A DNA stretch of 64,000 nt from Planctomycetota bacterium (GCA_044222185.1 JBGANV010000005.1:384001-448000); one strand, 5' to 3'; shown: positions 18,704 to 29,710, counted from the stretch's first letter. The notes: generated by a model from the letters alone, not told the origin. Numbers and translations are program-made.

Positions 18704-20386
18704 TCACACGCCGAGTTCGAGGTCCAGACCGTTGGTCACCTGGTAGATGGGATTCTGTGACGCCGGAACCAGGATGGCCTGAAGGCGGAAGGTCACGCAT
18801 TCGACGGCGGGATCGCTCGGAAGCGGCCCCGTCAACGACCAACCGCCGCTGGCGTTCGTCGTGAATGCCGTGAGGATGTCGAGCCCCAGGACCCAGAGGT
18901 AGCCCTGGCACCCTCCAACGAGTTCGGTCGGCCCGGGCGGAATGGCACTCACGAGGAGGAGCCCCGCGGTCGACGGAACGGCCCCCGAGACCGACAACGT
19001 GCCGATCGAACCGAGGACTGGCGGCGTGCCGCTCAGTGATGGCCCGGGGAGACCGCCATAGGAGCATCCGAAACCCACCGTGAACACCAGCGCGGTGTGC
19101 CGGACGACGGACAGCTTGAACGTCCCTTGCTGGCCGTTGTAGCCAGCCACGCGAATGAAGTACGCATGGCCCGCGATCGTCGGGAACGTGACGTCGGTCA
19201 GGAATCCCTGCGGCCCGCATCCCGAATCGTCGGCACACCCGACGATGTCCCCCGCCGAAGGACACGTGGGCGAATCATAGACCGTGATCTGAGAGTCCGT
19301 CATCGTGCCCCCGGCCGCGACCGTGGGACACGTGGAGACCGTCGCCTCACCGGTGCATCCGGCGATCCAGAAGAAGAAGACGTCGCTTCCTCCCAGGTTG
19401 CCGAGCGCACCGCACGCGGTGGCGAACGTCGGTGAATTCGAGAGGGTCGCGCCGACGTTCGTGTACAGACCCGACGCCGGGTTGAGACCCTCGGCGAGTT
19501 GGATCGCGCCGAAGCACTCGTCGTTCGGGAGCTGGACGAGGAGCGCGATGAGCCCGGTCGCCGTCCGGTTCGAGGAATCCGTCGCCGTGAGGGGCAGGTT
19601 GTAAGGAGCTGCCTGCACGCCGGGCGGCAGGACGTAGGCGAGCGAGAACGTGCGGTCGCCGGCCACGGCGTCGCCATGCGTTCCGTCGTCGAAGAACGTG
19701 GCGTTGGCGGATCCGCCGACTGCGGCGAGGTTCGCGTGCACGCTCACGGCGGTCGGCGGGTTGGGTGGTGCCGTCGCCGTGACGGCGGCCGTGAGCAGAA
19801 CGTTGTTCGCGATGACGACCGCGCTCGGCGACGCCGCTCCGGCCACCTGGAGAGTCGGGGCGGTCACGACGGCGAGCGTGTAATCCTCCGTATTGCCGAA
19901 TCCCGCGCTGCCGCAGGCGGACGGTGGCCCTCCCGGGCAGCATCCGTCGAACACCAAGCGCACGCGCATGCGGACCGACGCGGCGCTCCCAGCAGGCGGC
20001 GTGACGTTCGCGACGAACGTCCGCGTGGTTCCGCCGCCGGCCGTCAACGAAAGCGGGATCGTCTCGTTGGAATCGAGGAAATCACCGTCGGCGTTCCAGT
20101 CGCAGAACGCGGTGACCTGATCCCCGGGGAGATAACGGCTCACGGTGACCGTCATCGGTGACGGAACGCCGGGCACGAGCGACGTCGACGTCGACGTGTA
20201 ATCCTCGTAGCCAGGCGGCGCGACACACGCGGAGCTTCGGTCGATGGACGCGAGCTGCACGCGGCTGATGTACTCGTCGCTCCCGCAGTTGAATCCCGTG
20301 TTGGGAGCGCTGCAGTACTGGGCGCGTGCGACTGGAACGCTGAGGACGATCGTCGCACACAGTGCGGCGAGTTGGGACGACTTCAT
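18704..20386 (-). CDS. Secreted GEVED-domain protein with choice-of-anchor-X-like Ca-binding motif and conserved C-terminal domain
   Basis: Signal peptide (VARA/Q); EYISRVQLASI, DWNADGDF.D..E, RMRVR, GNTEDY (GEVED); FDDGTHGDAVAGD..F; PNDEC..A and YFIRVAGY domain. Confidence 0.85.
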   Translation of the reverse strand: MKSSQLAALCATIVLSVPVARAQYCSAPNTGFNCGSDEYISRVQLASIDRSSACVAPPGYEDYTSTSTSLVPGVPSPMTVTVSRYLPGDQVTAFCDWNADGDFLDSNETIPLSLTAGGGTTRTFVANVTPPAGSAASVRMRVRLVFDGCCPGGPPSACGSAGFGNTEDYTLAVVTAPTLQVAGAASPSAVVIANNVLLTAAVTATAPPNPPTAVSVHANLAAVGGSANATFFDDGTHGDAVAGDRTFSLAYVLPPGVQAAPYNLPLTATDSSNRTATGLIALLVQLPNDECFGAIQLAEGLNPASGLYTNVGATLSNSPTFATACGALGNLGGSDVFFFWIAGCTGEATVSTCPTVAAGGTMTDSQITVYDSPTCPSAGDIVGCADDSGCGPQGFLTDVTFPTIAGHAYFIRVAGYNGQQGTFKLSVVRHTALVFTVGFGCSYGGLPGPSLSGTPPVLGSIGTLSVSGAVPSTAGLLLVSAIPPGPTELVGGCQGYLWVLGLDILTAFTTNASGGWSLTGPLPSDPAVECVTFRLQAILVPASQNPIYQVTNGLDLELGV

Positions 20387-20611
20387 CGATTGAGCACCTC
20401 TGGCGGCGGATCGCGGTGCGGGGTCGGCACCGCCTCAGCGCGGGACCACGGGTCACGCCAGTTGCGCGCTGAAGGCACCGGCCACTCCGTCTGCGCGGCA
20501 GTGGCACGACGCCAGGGAACGGCGACAGGTTACCGTCCACGCCGCGCGCCCGCCACTCGCCTGCCGCGCCGTCCTCTGGGGCGATTGCACGCCGCGAGAT
20601 ATCACCGCACG

Positions 20612-21787
20612 GTGGACTCTATTTATCGAAGTGAGATCAACCGCGACGTCCGCGCGCCACTCCCCGGCGAGTTCAAACCGATCACGGTCGGAAGCTTGCG
20701 GATCTGGCCACCGGTCGTTCTCGCGCCCATGGCGGGAGTGACGAACTACCCGTTCCGCGCGCAATGCCGCAAGTACGGCGCGGGCCTCTACGTCAGCGAG
20801 ATGATCACGGCACGACCGCTCGTCGAGGGGCATCGCAAGACGCTGAAACTCGCGGACTTCGGTCCGGACGAATCGCCCCGCAGTCTCCAGCTCTACGGGG
20901 TCGATCCGCACTACGTGGGCGAGGCCGTCCGGTTGCTGGTGTCGGAGGGTCGCGTCGACCACATCGACATGAATTTCGGCTGTCCCGTACCCAAGGTGAC
21001 GCGTCGCGGCGGCGGCGCGGCGTTGCCCCTGAAGCGCAACCTCCTGCGCGCGATCGTCCGATCGGCCGTGCGGAACGCGGGATCGGTCCCCGTGACGATC
21101 AAGTTCAGGATCGGCGTGAATGACGGGCTGATCACGTACCTGGACGCGGGCCGCATCGGCGAGGAGGAAGGATGCGCGGCGGTCGCGCTGCACGCGCGGA
21201 CCGCGGCCCAGCTTTACCACGGCGAGGCCCGCTGGGACGCGATCGCGCGCCTCAAGGAACACGTCAGGAAGATCCCCGTGCTCGGGAACGGCGACATCTG
21301 GGAGGGGCACGACGCGCTCCGCATGATGCGCTCGACGGGCTGCGACGGCGTCGTCGTGGGACGCGGGTGCCTGGGCCGGCCGTGGCTGTTTCGTGATCTC
21401 GCCGATGTGTTCGAGGGGCGCGAACCGCAGAACCCTCCGCGGTTCGGTGAAGTGACGCAGATCATGATCGAACACGCAGTCTTGCTCGCGGAGTGGGTCG
21501 GCGAGCTGAACGCCATGCGGATGTTCCGCCGTCACGCGGCCTGGTACACGAAGGGGTTCCGGGGAAGCGCCGCCGTGCGTGAGCGACTCAGCGCCATGGA
21601 AACGCTGGACGACCTGCGCCGGTGCGTGGCGACCATCGACGCCGACGAACCGTTCCCGCCGGCCGCCATGCGCGTCGTCAGGGGCAAGTCCACGGGGACG
21701 CAGTCCGTCGCACTCCCGCCCGGGTTCCTCGACGACCTGGAAGACCTCACGCCTCCGTGCGCGGAGGAGCCGGGTGACGGCGGCTGA
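20612..21787 (+). CDS. dusB: tRNA-dihydrouridine synthase DusB family
   Basis: LAPMAGVTN, QLYG, DMNFGCP, HART, GNGDI, GRG.LGRPWLF. The GTG start at 20612 is inferred within ORF 20372..21787. Confidence 0.93.
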   Translation: MDSIYRSEINRDVRAPLPGEFKPITVGSLRIWPPVVLAPMAGVTNYPFRAQCRKYGAGLYVSEMITARPLVEGHRKTLKLADFGPDESPRSLQLYGVDPHYVGEAVRLLVSEGRVDHIDMNFGCPVPKVTRRGGGAALPLKRNLLRAIVRSAVRNAGSVPVTIKFRIGVNDGLITYLDAGRIGEEEGCAAVALHARTAAQLYHGEARWDAIARLKEHVRKIPVLGNGDIWEGHDALRMMRSTGCDGVVVGRGCLGRPWLFRDLADVFEGREPQNPPRFGEVTQIMIEHAVLLAEWVGELNAMRMFRRHAAWYTKGFRGSAAVRERLSAMETLDDLRRCVATIDADEPFPPAAMRVVRGKSTGTQSVALPPGFLDDLEDLTPPCAEEPGDGG

Positions 21788-21805
21788 CGGCGAGCGTCGC
21801 GTCCG

Positions 21806-24800
21806 TCACCGCTCCGGGATCAACGCTTCGGCTTCGCGGAGGAACGCGGCGATGTCGCCGTCGGTCGCGAACTCCGGTTCGCGAATCCGCTCGCGCGCGA
21901 GTTGGAGCGTCGCTCGCGCCTCGTCCATCTTCCCCGCCTTGAACTGCGCCATGGCAAGCACGACGAGATCGAGCGGATGCGGCGCGCCGATCAGCGTGCG
22001 CTGCATCTGATTGCACCGTTCGAGCGTCGCGATCGCGTCGGTGAACTTGCCGGCTCGATACTCGGCCACTCCACGCGTGTTGAGGAACCCCGCCTGCTCG
22101 GGCCAGGCCTTGCACACGATCTCCGCGGCGCGCAGCGCGAGTGCCACGCCGTCCGGGTCCGTCGTGCGATTGCGGGCCAGGTCCCAGGCTTGACTGTTGA
22201 GCTGCGTAGGATGGTCGCCCCGCGCGCGCGCCCGCGCCACCGCATCCGCCCGCACGTCGTCCGGCAGTGAGGCGTCGTCCTCCAGCGCGCGTGTCACGCG
22301 CTCGACGAGGACACGCGTGCCGAAGAGCGGCTCGACGAGGTCGCGTGTCGCGCGCACGCGCTCCCGCGCGACCAGATCGGCGTCGGGAACGGCGCCCTCG
22401 CAGAACCGCAGCCCATTCCCCGTGGACGCCACGAGTGCGCCCGCGACCCACGCGATGGCGTTGACCGACAACGCGCGCGGTGGTCGGTCCAGCAGCAGCG
22501 GCGCCGTGTCGTCCATGTCCCACAGGTAGAGGGCGCCGTCGGCACCGGCGAATGCCACGCGAGACTCTTCCGGCAGGTACGTCGATGCGACGACACCGCC
22601 CGCCGGCAGGCTCGTCGTCGCGGTGGCGGCCCCCGTATCGACGTTCCACGAGAACACCCGCCCATCGTCGCCGCCGGAAGCAACGTGTCCTCCGTCGGGC
22701 GTGGCCGTCAGCGTGCGGACCGAGCCCGCGTGTCCCGCGAGGACGTGGACCGAATCCCCGCTCGCGAGATCCCAGATCTCGAGAGGCCCGTGCACGATCT
22801 CGGCTGATGGTCGCGACACCGGTGCCGCGGCAGGGTCGGGTGCGTCGGCCGCGACGGCCACGAGTCGCCCGTCGCCGACGACGATCATTCGGCGAATGGC
22901 CCCCGAGCAGGTTCCCAGTCGCGTCGTTCCGCCCGCTTGCGCCCGGCGGATCACCACGACGGAGCCGTCTCCGCATCCCGCGAGGATCGCCGTGCCATCC
23001 GGCAACCACGCGAGCGCCGTGCACGTCGCCGGGAGCCGCTCGTTGGCGAACGCGATCTCGCGCCCGTCGATGCCGAGCACGTGAACCCGGCGGCCATCGC
23101 CGGCCACCGCGACCATCGATTCGTCGGGCGAGAACGCACAGGCATGAAGCCATGTCGGCGAGGGGCTCGCGGACCAACGCAGCGCGCCCGTAACCAGATC
23201 CCAGAGCGTGATCGAACCCCAGCCGACGCTGACCCCGAGGCGAGATCTGGGGGCGAACGTGCCCGCGAGCGAAACGTCACCCGACGGTGGAACGACCGGC
23301 GTCGCCTCGTGCAGCGCCGTTGGCCACAGTTTCACCGTGCGGTCTTGGGCGGCGGAGACCAGCCAGCCACCGGCGTGCGAGTAGGCGACGCGAGTGACGA
23401 CGGCGACGTGGCCTTCGAGCATCGCCACGACCGTCCCGGTACTCGGGTCGCGCAGCGCGATTGCGCCCGACGCCTCGCCCGACGCGAGCCCTCGCCCGCT
23501 GGGTGAGCGCGCGTGTGCGCCGGCGGAGAGGCTCGTCGCCGGCTGGCTGGACCACTTCGGAACACCATCCTGAACGCCGAGGAGCTTCAGACCGGTCTGT
23601 CGCTCGATGGGATCCGCCAGAACGAATCCCCCGCCGAACGTCCGCCCCGACGCTTCCGGACTCCGCCATCGCAGCGACCCAGTTCGTGCATCCAACGCGA
23701 ACGTGCCGTAGGCGCTCGCGAGGATCACCGAAGACTCGTCACCCGTGATTTCCGGTGTCTCGACCGTGTTCACGCTCACGGGCCACGACGCCACGTCGTC
23801 GCCCGAATCGCTCGCCACTCGCACGACGCGTCCACCGTTGTCCGTGAGGAGTGTGAGCGTCCGTCCGTCCGTCGAGAATGCCCCGCGGACCACGTGATGC
23901 ACGTCGGGCCGCTGCCAGATCTCCCGCCCCGTCTGCAGATCGAATGCCGCCGGCGGGTCGAACGTCATGCCCAACCGGCCATCCGGCGAGATCTCGTCGA
24001 TCCGCAGCCCCCCGTTCGTCGGGGAAACGACGTCCTGCCGCGCACCCGTGGCCAGATCCCACCGAGAGACGGAATGATCGACGCCCAGGGTGACGAGCGA
24101 GTCGTCGTCGGCCGTGAATGCGAGACGCACGACGACGTGAGGCGCCTGCAGCGTCTTCGCGCTGCGGTCGGCGATCCAGTTCAGTCGACGCCACTCGAAC
24201 CGCCGCAGGTCGGGTGCGGCCAGATCCAGGTGCGTCCGACACGCGCGGTAGTCGTGGCTGGCAAACGCCTGGAACGCCGCCGTGTAGTTCGCGCGATAGG
24301 CGTCGCGACGGCTGCGGGCCTCGGCGCTTCGAGCAGCCGTCTCGCTCGCGTTCGCCGCACGCAGGAGGTCGAGTGTGACGATCAGCGCAACCGTCAGAAC
24401 GAGGATGATCCCGGCGAGGCTCGCCGCGAGCCACGGGTTCCGCTCGGCCCATCGACGGGCGCGACCGAGGGACGTGATCGGCCGCGCGAGGATCGGCTCG
24501 TGCTCGCGCACACGGCGCAAGTCCTCCGCCAAGGCGAGCGCCGTCTGGTACCGCTGGTCCTGGTTCTTCTCGAGGGCCGTCTCGACGACGACGCGCAGAT
24601 CTGCCGGTGCCGACGGCTCGAGTCTCCGGATGTCCGGCGGGTCGTCGTTGAGGATGGATCGGTACAGGCCCTGGCGCGTCGGCGACGCGAACGGTCGTTC
24701 GAGCGTGATCGCCTCGAAGAGCGTGACTCCGAGGGCCCACACGTCGGCCCGTCGATCGACCGTGGCGTGCTGGCGCGAGATCTGCTCGGGCGCCATGTAG

Positions 24801-25624
24801 ACGGGCGTGCCGAGCACGTCTCCGGACCGGGTCAGCGCCGCGCTGGCGTCGTCCTCGTCGCGCGCCAGGCCGAAGTCCATCAGCACGGGCTCGCCGTCCG
24901 CGCGCACCATGATGTTGCCGGGCTTGATGTCGCGGTGGATGACGCCCGCTTCATGCGCCACGTGCGTGGCGCGGCAGACGGACTCCATCAACCGGAGCGT
25001 CGCGAGCACGCGGGCGCGCCCCGCCGCGCCGCGGCGGCTCGATGGCGTGACCGGAGTCGTGGGCGTTCGGGACGACGCCTCGCCGTCGTGGGTCGCACCT
25101 TCGGAGCCGGGGGTACGCTGGAGCTTGTCGCGTGAGATCCGCGACGCCAGCGACTGTCCCTCCACGTACTGCATGACGATGTAGGGCGTGCCGTTTTCGG
25201 TTCCGGCATCGTGGATGGTGCAGAGCGCCGGATGCTGCAGCCGCGATGCGACGAGCGCTTCCCGCTTGAAGCGCGACAGGAGCTCCGGCGACATCGGCCC
25301 GCGATTGCGAAGCACCTTCACGGCAACTCGTCGCCCGAGGTTCGGGTCCTCCGCGAGCCAGACCACGCCCTGGCCACCACGACCCAGTTCGCGAATCAAC
25401 CGGTAGGACCCGAACGTTCCGTCGGCGCTTCCGGGAAGGTCCGACGGGAACGGCTTTCCCCGCGCGAAGCTCGCGAACATGGAGTCTGCGTGCGCGAGCA
25501 GAGACTCCATCTTCGAGCGCAGCTCCGCGTCATTCCCGCAATGTTCGTCGAGGAACGCCCGGCGTGCGTCGCCGTCGAGCGTCAACGTCTGCCGGATCAG
25601 CGACTCGATCTGGGTCTCGTCCAT
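21806..25624 (-). CDS. Membrane Ser/Thr protein kinase with WD40 propellers and C-terminal TPR
   Basis: GRGGQG, VAVK, HRDIKPGN, DFG, GTPVYMAPEQ; TM helix; GH...V..VA.S..G..L.SA..D.TVKLW WD40 repeats; NTRGVAEYRAG TPR. ATG 25624 chosen as the start. Confidence 0.93.
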   Translation of the reverse strand: MDETQIESLIRQTLTLDGDARRAFLDEHCGNDAELRSKMESLLAHADSMFASFARGKPFPSDLPGSADGTFGSYRLIRELGRGGQGVVWLAEDPNLGRRVAVKVLRNRGPMSPELLSRFKREALVASRLQHPALCTIHDAGTENGTPYIVMQYVEGQSLASRISRDKLQRTPGSEGATHDGEASSRTPTTPVTPSSRRGAAGRARVLATLRLMESVCRATHVAHEAGVIHRDIKPGNIMVRADGEPVLMDFGLARDEDDASAALTRSGDVLGTPVYMAPEQISRQHATVDRRADVWALGVTLFEAITLERPFASPTRQGLYRSILNDDPPDIRRLEPSAPADLRVVVETALEKNQDQRYQTALALAEDLRRVREHEPILARPITSLGRARRWAERNPWLAASLAGIILVLTVALIVTLDLLRAANASETAARSAEARSRRDAYRANYTAAFQAFASHDYRACRTHLDLAAPDLRRFEWRRLNWIADRSAKTLQAPHVVVRLAFTADDDSLVTLGVDHSVSRWDLATGARQDVVSPTNGGLRIDEISPDGRLGMTFDPPAAFDLQTGREIWQRPDVHHVVRGAFSTDGRTLTLLTDNGGRVVRVASDSGDDVASWPVSVNTVETPEITGDESSVILASAYGTFALDARTGSLRWRSPEASGRTFGGGFVLADPIERQTGLKLLGVQDGVPKWSSQPATSLSAGAHARSPSGRGLASGEASGAIALRDPSTGTVVAMLEGHVAVVTRVAYSHAGGWLVSAAQDRTVKLWPTALHEATPVVPPSGDVSLAGTFAPRSRLGVSVGWGSITLWDLVTGALRWSASPSPTWLHACAFSPDESMVAVAGDGRRVHVLGIDGREIAFANERLPATCTALAWLPDGTAILAGCGDGSVVVIRRAQAGGTTRLGTCSGAIRRMIVVGDGRLVAVAADAPDPAAAPVSRPSAEIVHGPLEIWDLASGDSVHVLAGHAGSVRTLTATPDGGHVASGGDDGRVFSWNVDTGAATATTSLPAGGVVASTYLPEESRVAFAGADGALYLWDMDDTAPLLLDRPPRALSVNAIAWVAGALVASTGNGLRFCEGAVPDADLVARERVRATRDLVEPLFGTRVLVERVTRALEDDASLPDDVRADAVARARARGDHPTQLNSQAWDLARNRTTDPDGVALALRAAEIVCKAWPEQAGFLNTRGVAEYRAGKFTDAIATLERCNQMQRTLIGAPHPLDLVVLAMAQFKAGKMDEARATLQLARERIREPEFATDGDIAAFLREAEALIPER

Positions 25625-26032
25625 TCTTTGCAGCGGGGTGCGCGGGCCCCATCCGCTGGTGGCGACCCGGTCGTCACGCCGAGCCGCCGCCACGGATCCC
25701 ACGCGGGGGGCACTCTACATGACGAGGCGCGGGGGACGACGCACCCGCCCACGCGTCGAGCGGCCTCCGTCGCGCGGTCGAATCGGCGCGCCCCAAGGAA
25801 ATTCCTCCGGGTCGAGCGGGTTGGCGGCGCCAGCACCGAACCCCCGCTCGCCGGCGTCCGACGAAGGGGTGACGCACCCGACCGATGGCGACCGCCGATC
25901 CCCGGGGCGACTCCGGCGAATTCCGCCTGACGGAGTCCCAGCTCCGCGCCATCGGCGCGAACGCGACGGGGGCTCGCCTCGCCGGCCCGAATGAGGCTTG
26001 CTTCGTCGAGCGCCGTTCCGTGAAATGCTCCG

Positions 26033-28696
26033 GTGCTTCGGAGGACATTCATCAGTGGGCTGGTCCTGGCGGGGGCCATCGTCCTGGCGGCGATCGTGGC
26101 GTGGGGCCTCGCGTCCGCCGGCACCAGGGACGAGATCACGGCGCGCCCCGGCGAAGCGACTCCCGCGGCGCCCGACGATCGGGCTGCCGAATCGCGCCGC
26201 GCGCCGACCCCCGCGGCACCGGTACGTGCGCGCCCGTTCACGGAACCGATCGATCCGGATCTGGGCGACGCGCCGCTCCAACGACCGCCGAACGAGGGCG
26301 TTCGCATCGTCGTGACGGACGGTCCCGGCGGCCCGCCCGTCGCGCACGCCGACGTGCACTGCGGGTCCTATCTCGGCGCGGAGTCGGACTTCCGGTTCGG
26401 GACGACGGTCCTGCAACTCGGCAACTCCGAGGACGCGGCGCTCGACGGATTTCCACCGGCGGTCGCGGCGGAGCGGCGACTGCGGGAACGCGGATGGCAC
26501 ACGCGCACGGGGCCGGACGGTGTGGCGATCGTCCCTCGCGCGTCGCTGGCGCGCTCCGTCCTCGCCCGCACGGGGTCCAAGTCCGCGCTCATGCGTCTCG
26601 ACGTGCGCGAGGACTCGCTCACCGTCGCGCTGCAACCCGACCTTCCCTGCGACGTGCGCGTGGTTCAGGCGGATGGCGCGCCGGCACCGGGGATCGACGT
26701 CGTGATGGGCATCGTGCGCGGCGGCACGACGTCCTTCGACGAGCGACCCACCAGAAGCGGTCCCGATGGCGTGGCGAAGCTCGGGAACCTGCGCTTGCTG
26801 CCATTCATCGGTCCAGGCATGGCGATCGCCTGCGAAGCCCGCGGCGTCATCGCGCCGGACTGCCGCCTCGTCGTCCCTTTCGAGTCGATCGAGGCCGAGC
26901 GCCGCCGGCCCCTCGGCGATCTTCGACTTCCGGCGATGGGTAGGCTCCTCGTCTCCATCGTCGACCGCCGCGGGCAACCGATCCAGGGACGGGCGACGGT
27001 GCGCGTATCGCTCGACGCTCGTCAGCGGGTCCCCCCACGTGCGATGCGCACACCGGTCACGCGCGCCCAGGAGTTCGACGCCGTGGAACCGATCCTGATC
27101 CCAAGGATCGCCCTGGGGGAACCCGTGATGGTCGAAGGCCGACGGGCCGGACTCCCCTCCCTCCGGAAGACCGTGACCGTCACGGACCCGGACGAGCCAT
27201 TGGTCGTCGCACTCCGCCTCCCGTTCAACGTCGTCCCCGTCGTCGGACGCCTCGTGGATGACGCGAGCCGACCGCTCGGTCCGGAGTGGCGAGTCGACGC
27301 AACGGTCGTGACCGAGAGCGGCGCGTCCGCGACGGCGAGCGCGCGAATGCTCGATGACGGAGCCTTCACCTTCCCGCACCAGCTGAAGCGCGACGATCCT
27401 CCGCGGCGAGTGCAATTCGTGGTGCACCGCTTCCTGAACCCACTGTCGTTCGAAGGCGAAGGTTCGTTCACGGCACCGATCCCGGAGGACGCTGCCAAGA
27501 TCGACCTGGGGACGATCGTCCTCGCACAGATCCCCGTCGTCGCGGCCGGTCTCGTGGTCGACGAAGACGGTGAGCCGGTCGAGGGTGCGAGCGTCGACGT
27601 GGTGCGCCCCGATCGCGCGGAACTCACGAACGAGGACGGTTCCGAATGGACCGTCGACGCGGAGCTTGGCTCACCTACGGGATACGACGGCCGATTCGTC
27701 CTCCGCGGCCGCATGAAGGTGCCGACGCTGCGCCTGCGCGCGTCCGTCGACGGGTTCACGTTCGAGCCCGTCGAGGTCGCAAACGGAGCGAAGGACGTCC
27801 GGCTCACCGTCTCACGCGGCGTCGTGCTCTCAGGGCGACTGGCGCCGCCGAGCGGATTCCGGCCGACCGAGTTCACGCTGGTTGCGCGCGTCACGCCCAC
27901 GCGAGCCGAGCGCGCCGTCGACTCGACGCGGTTCGCCACGATCCTGCCCGACGGTCGTTTCCGGTTTCCGCCGTTGCCTGTGGGCGAAGCGACGGTCTAC
28001 CTGCGACACGAGAACGCGGCCACGATCGCGCTCAGGGTCGTGGACGGCGTCGTCCTGCCCAAGGCTGGATCCGTCATCGACTCACGGCTCGACCCGCTGC
28101 TCGTGCCCGCCGGATTCAACGCATTCACGCTGAATGCGGCCAGCGCCGACGGAAGGCCGCTTTCCGAAGTGCTCGTCGTCGCCCATTCGCGCGAGGCCGA
28201 GCGCGTGCCGCGGGGCGTCCTCGACGAGCACGCGCCCATCGATCCCGCCGTGCGGCTCGTGCGCGCTCTGCATTTCATCTTCCCGGACTCCACGCCTCGA
28301 TCGTTCACGGTCTCGGCCGTGGGATTCAGGACCCAGACCATCACGGACGTGGTCACGGATCGCACCGTGATCGTGGAACGCGGCATGCCCGTCGCGATCA
28401 CGGTGGAGAACCTTCCGCCGATGAAGGCCGGATTCGCGGCCGGGGTGACGCTCGAGCTCGAAGGGCAGTCCGTTTCCACGTCTGCGCCGTGTGACGGCAA
28501 GGGCGTGGCGTTGCCCGCGGTGACGGTCCCGGGCACCTATCGCGTTTCGCTGACGCTCGCCCCGCCGCGGTCGAGCCTGTTCATGGTGCCCGAGCCCGTT
28601 CCGCTCGGCAGCGTGACGGTCGGCACCGTGCCGCCTGCGCCGGCGACGTTCCGACTGACGGACGAGCAGGTGAAGGAGATCCTCAGCTCGATGTAG
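26033..28696 (+). CDS. Carboxypeptidase-regulatory-like repeat protein with N-terminal membrane anchor
   Basis: N-terminal hydrophobic helix; GLVVDEDGEPVEGASV, TGYDGRF, GRLVDD, PDGRFRF motifs. Confidence 0.75.
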   Translation: MLRRTFISGLVLAGAIVLAAIVAWGLASAGTRDEITARPGEATPAAPDDRAAESRRAPTPAAPVRARPFTEPIDPDLGDAPLQRPPNEGVRIVVTDGPGGPPVAHADVHCGSYLGAESDFRFGTTVLQLGNSEDAALDGFPPAVAAERRLRERGWHTRTGPDGVAIVPRASLARSVLARTGSKSALMRLDVREDSLTVALQPDLPCDVRVVQADGAPAPGIDVVMGIVRGGTTSFDERPTRSGPDGVAKLGNLRLLPFIGPGMAIACEARGVIAPDCRLVVPFESIEAERRRPLGDLRLPAMGRLLVSIVDRRGQPIQGRATVRVSLDARQRVPPRAMRTPVTRAQEFDAVEPILIPRIALGEPVMVEGRRAGLPSLRKTVTVTDPDEPLVVALRLPFNVVPVVGRLVDDASRPLGPEWRVDATVVTESGASATASARMLDDGAFTFPHQLKRDDPPRRVQFVVHRFLNPLSFEGEGSFTAPIPEDAAKIDLGTIVLAQIPVVAAGLVVDEDGEPVEGASVDVVRPDRAELTNEDGSEWTVDAELGSPTGYDGRFVLRGRMKVPTLRLRASVDGFTFEPVEVANGAKDVRLTVSRGVVLSGRLAPPSGFRPTEFTLVARVTPTRAERAVDSTRFATILPDGRFRFPPLPVGEATVYLRHENAATIALRVVDGVVLPKAGSVIDSRLDPLLVPAGFNAFTLNAASADGRPLSEVLVVAHSREAERVPRGVLDEHAPIDPAVRLVRALHFIFPDSTPRSFTVSAVGFRTQTITDVVTDRTVIVERGMPVAITVENLPPMKAGFAAGVTLELEGQSVSTSAPCDGKGVALPAVTVPGTYRVSLTLAPPRSSLFMVPEPVPLGSVTVGTVPPAPATFRLTDEQVKEILSSM

Positions 28697-28754
28697 GCGA
28701 CCGTGGTCGCATCGACCTCCGCAAGCATTCGCCGCCGCCGGATGAAATGCCCCC

Positions 28755-29701
28755 GTGGGAATCAGGTCGACTCGGGCATGGATGGGCATCGGAGCCATCG
28801 TCGCGGCGATCGCCGTCTTGGCGTGGCTGGCGTGGCTGGCGTGGCTGGCGTGGTTGGCGTGGCCGGGCGGCGATGCACCGGCCGCCCAAGAGACCTATGG
28901 CCCGAAAGCGCCCGCAGAGCGCCTGATCCTCTCCGCAAGTTGCATCTCCTACGACGAGCCGCGCGAGGCCGACATCCCGTTCAAGCCGCTGGCGGATGTC
29001 GCGCCGCCCGGGTCGTTGGACCTGGGGACGATCGTCATCCACGAGTCGCGGGTGGTGGCGGCCGGCCAGGTCGTCGACCAGGACGGCAAGCCAGTCGGGG
29101 GCGTGCAGGTCGAGGTCGCGACCCAGGCCGCCATTCCGTCGGCCGAACCCTCTGAGTTCTCGCCAGTTCCACCGCCTGAGCTTCGAGCCTCGACGAACTA
29201 CGATGGGACCTTCGTGATCCACGGTCACGCGACGACTCCGACGATCACGCTGCGCGCTTCCCGGCTCGGCCTTCCCGACCAGCGCCCGATCGCCGTCGAC
29301 GTCGGTTCACGAGCCGTCCGCGAAGGGGTCACCTCCGACCTGACGGTGGTGCTGAAACACAGCCTGACCGTCACCGTTCGGATCACGAATCTCCCGAGCC
29401 TTCGCGAGACCGTTCAGGCGTACCTTCGTCTCTCGCCGTCACACGCCGAGCCGGCGCTGAACGCTCTGGCACCGAAGAACGGTGGGGGGAGCTGGGGCGC
29501 GTCGACTCGCCGGGAGAATCCACGTGGCTGGTCGACCGCCCGGGCATCCATGTCGTCGAGCTCACGCTCAACCGTGGATCGCTGACGTCCATCGAACGCG
29601 GCACGATCGACGTCACCGAACCCGACGGCGCGACGGCCGAGTTCCGCCTCACCGACGCTCAGCGCGCGCTACTGGTCGGGCCCACGCCGGCGCGTCGATA
29701 G
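28755..29701 (+). pseudogene. Shortened, frameshifted paralog of 26033..28696
   Basis: Shares DLGTIV, VVAAG.VVD.DG.PV.G, T.YDG.F and NLP blocks. After the G6 run at 29484-29489 another frame reads PGIHVVELTL...FRLTDAQ, matching the paralog's PGTYRVSLTL...FRLTDEQ, and stops at 29701. It could be an intact gene with a homopolymer sequencing error. Confidence 0.65.
28818..28862 (+). repeat. 9-bp coding tandem repeat, ~5 copies (YTGGCGTGG), encoding LAWLAWLAWLAWLAW
   Basis: TTGGCGTGG CTGGCGTGG CTGGCGTGG CTGGCGTGG TTGGCGTGG read directly from the sequence. Confidence 0.9.
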
Positions 29702-29710
29702 CATGGCACG

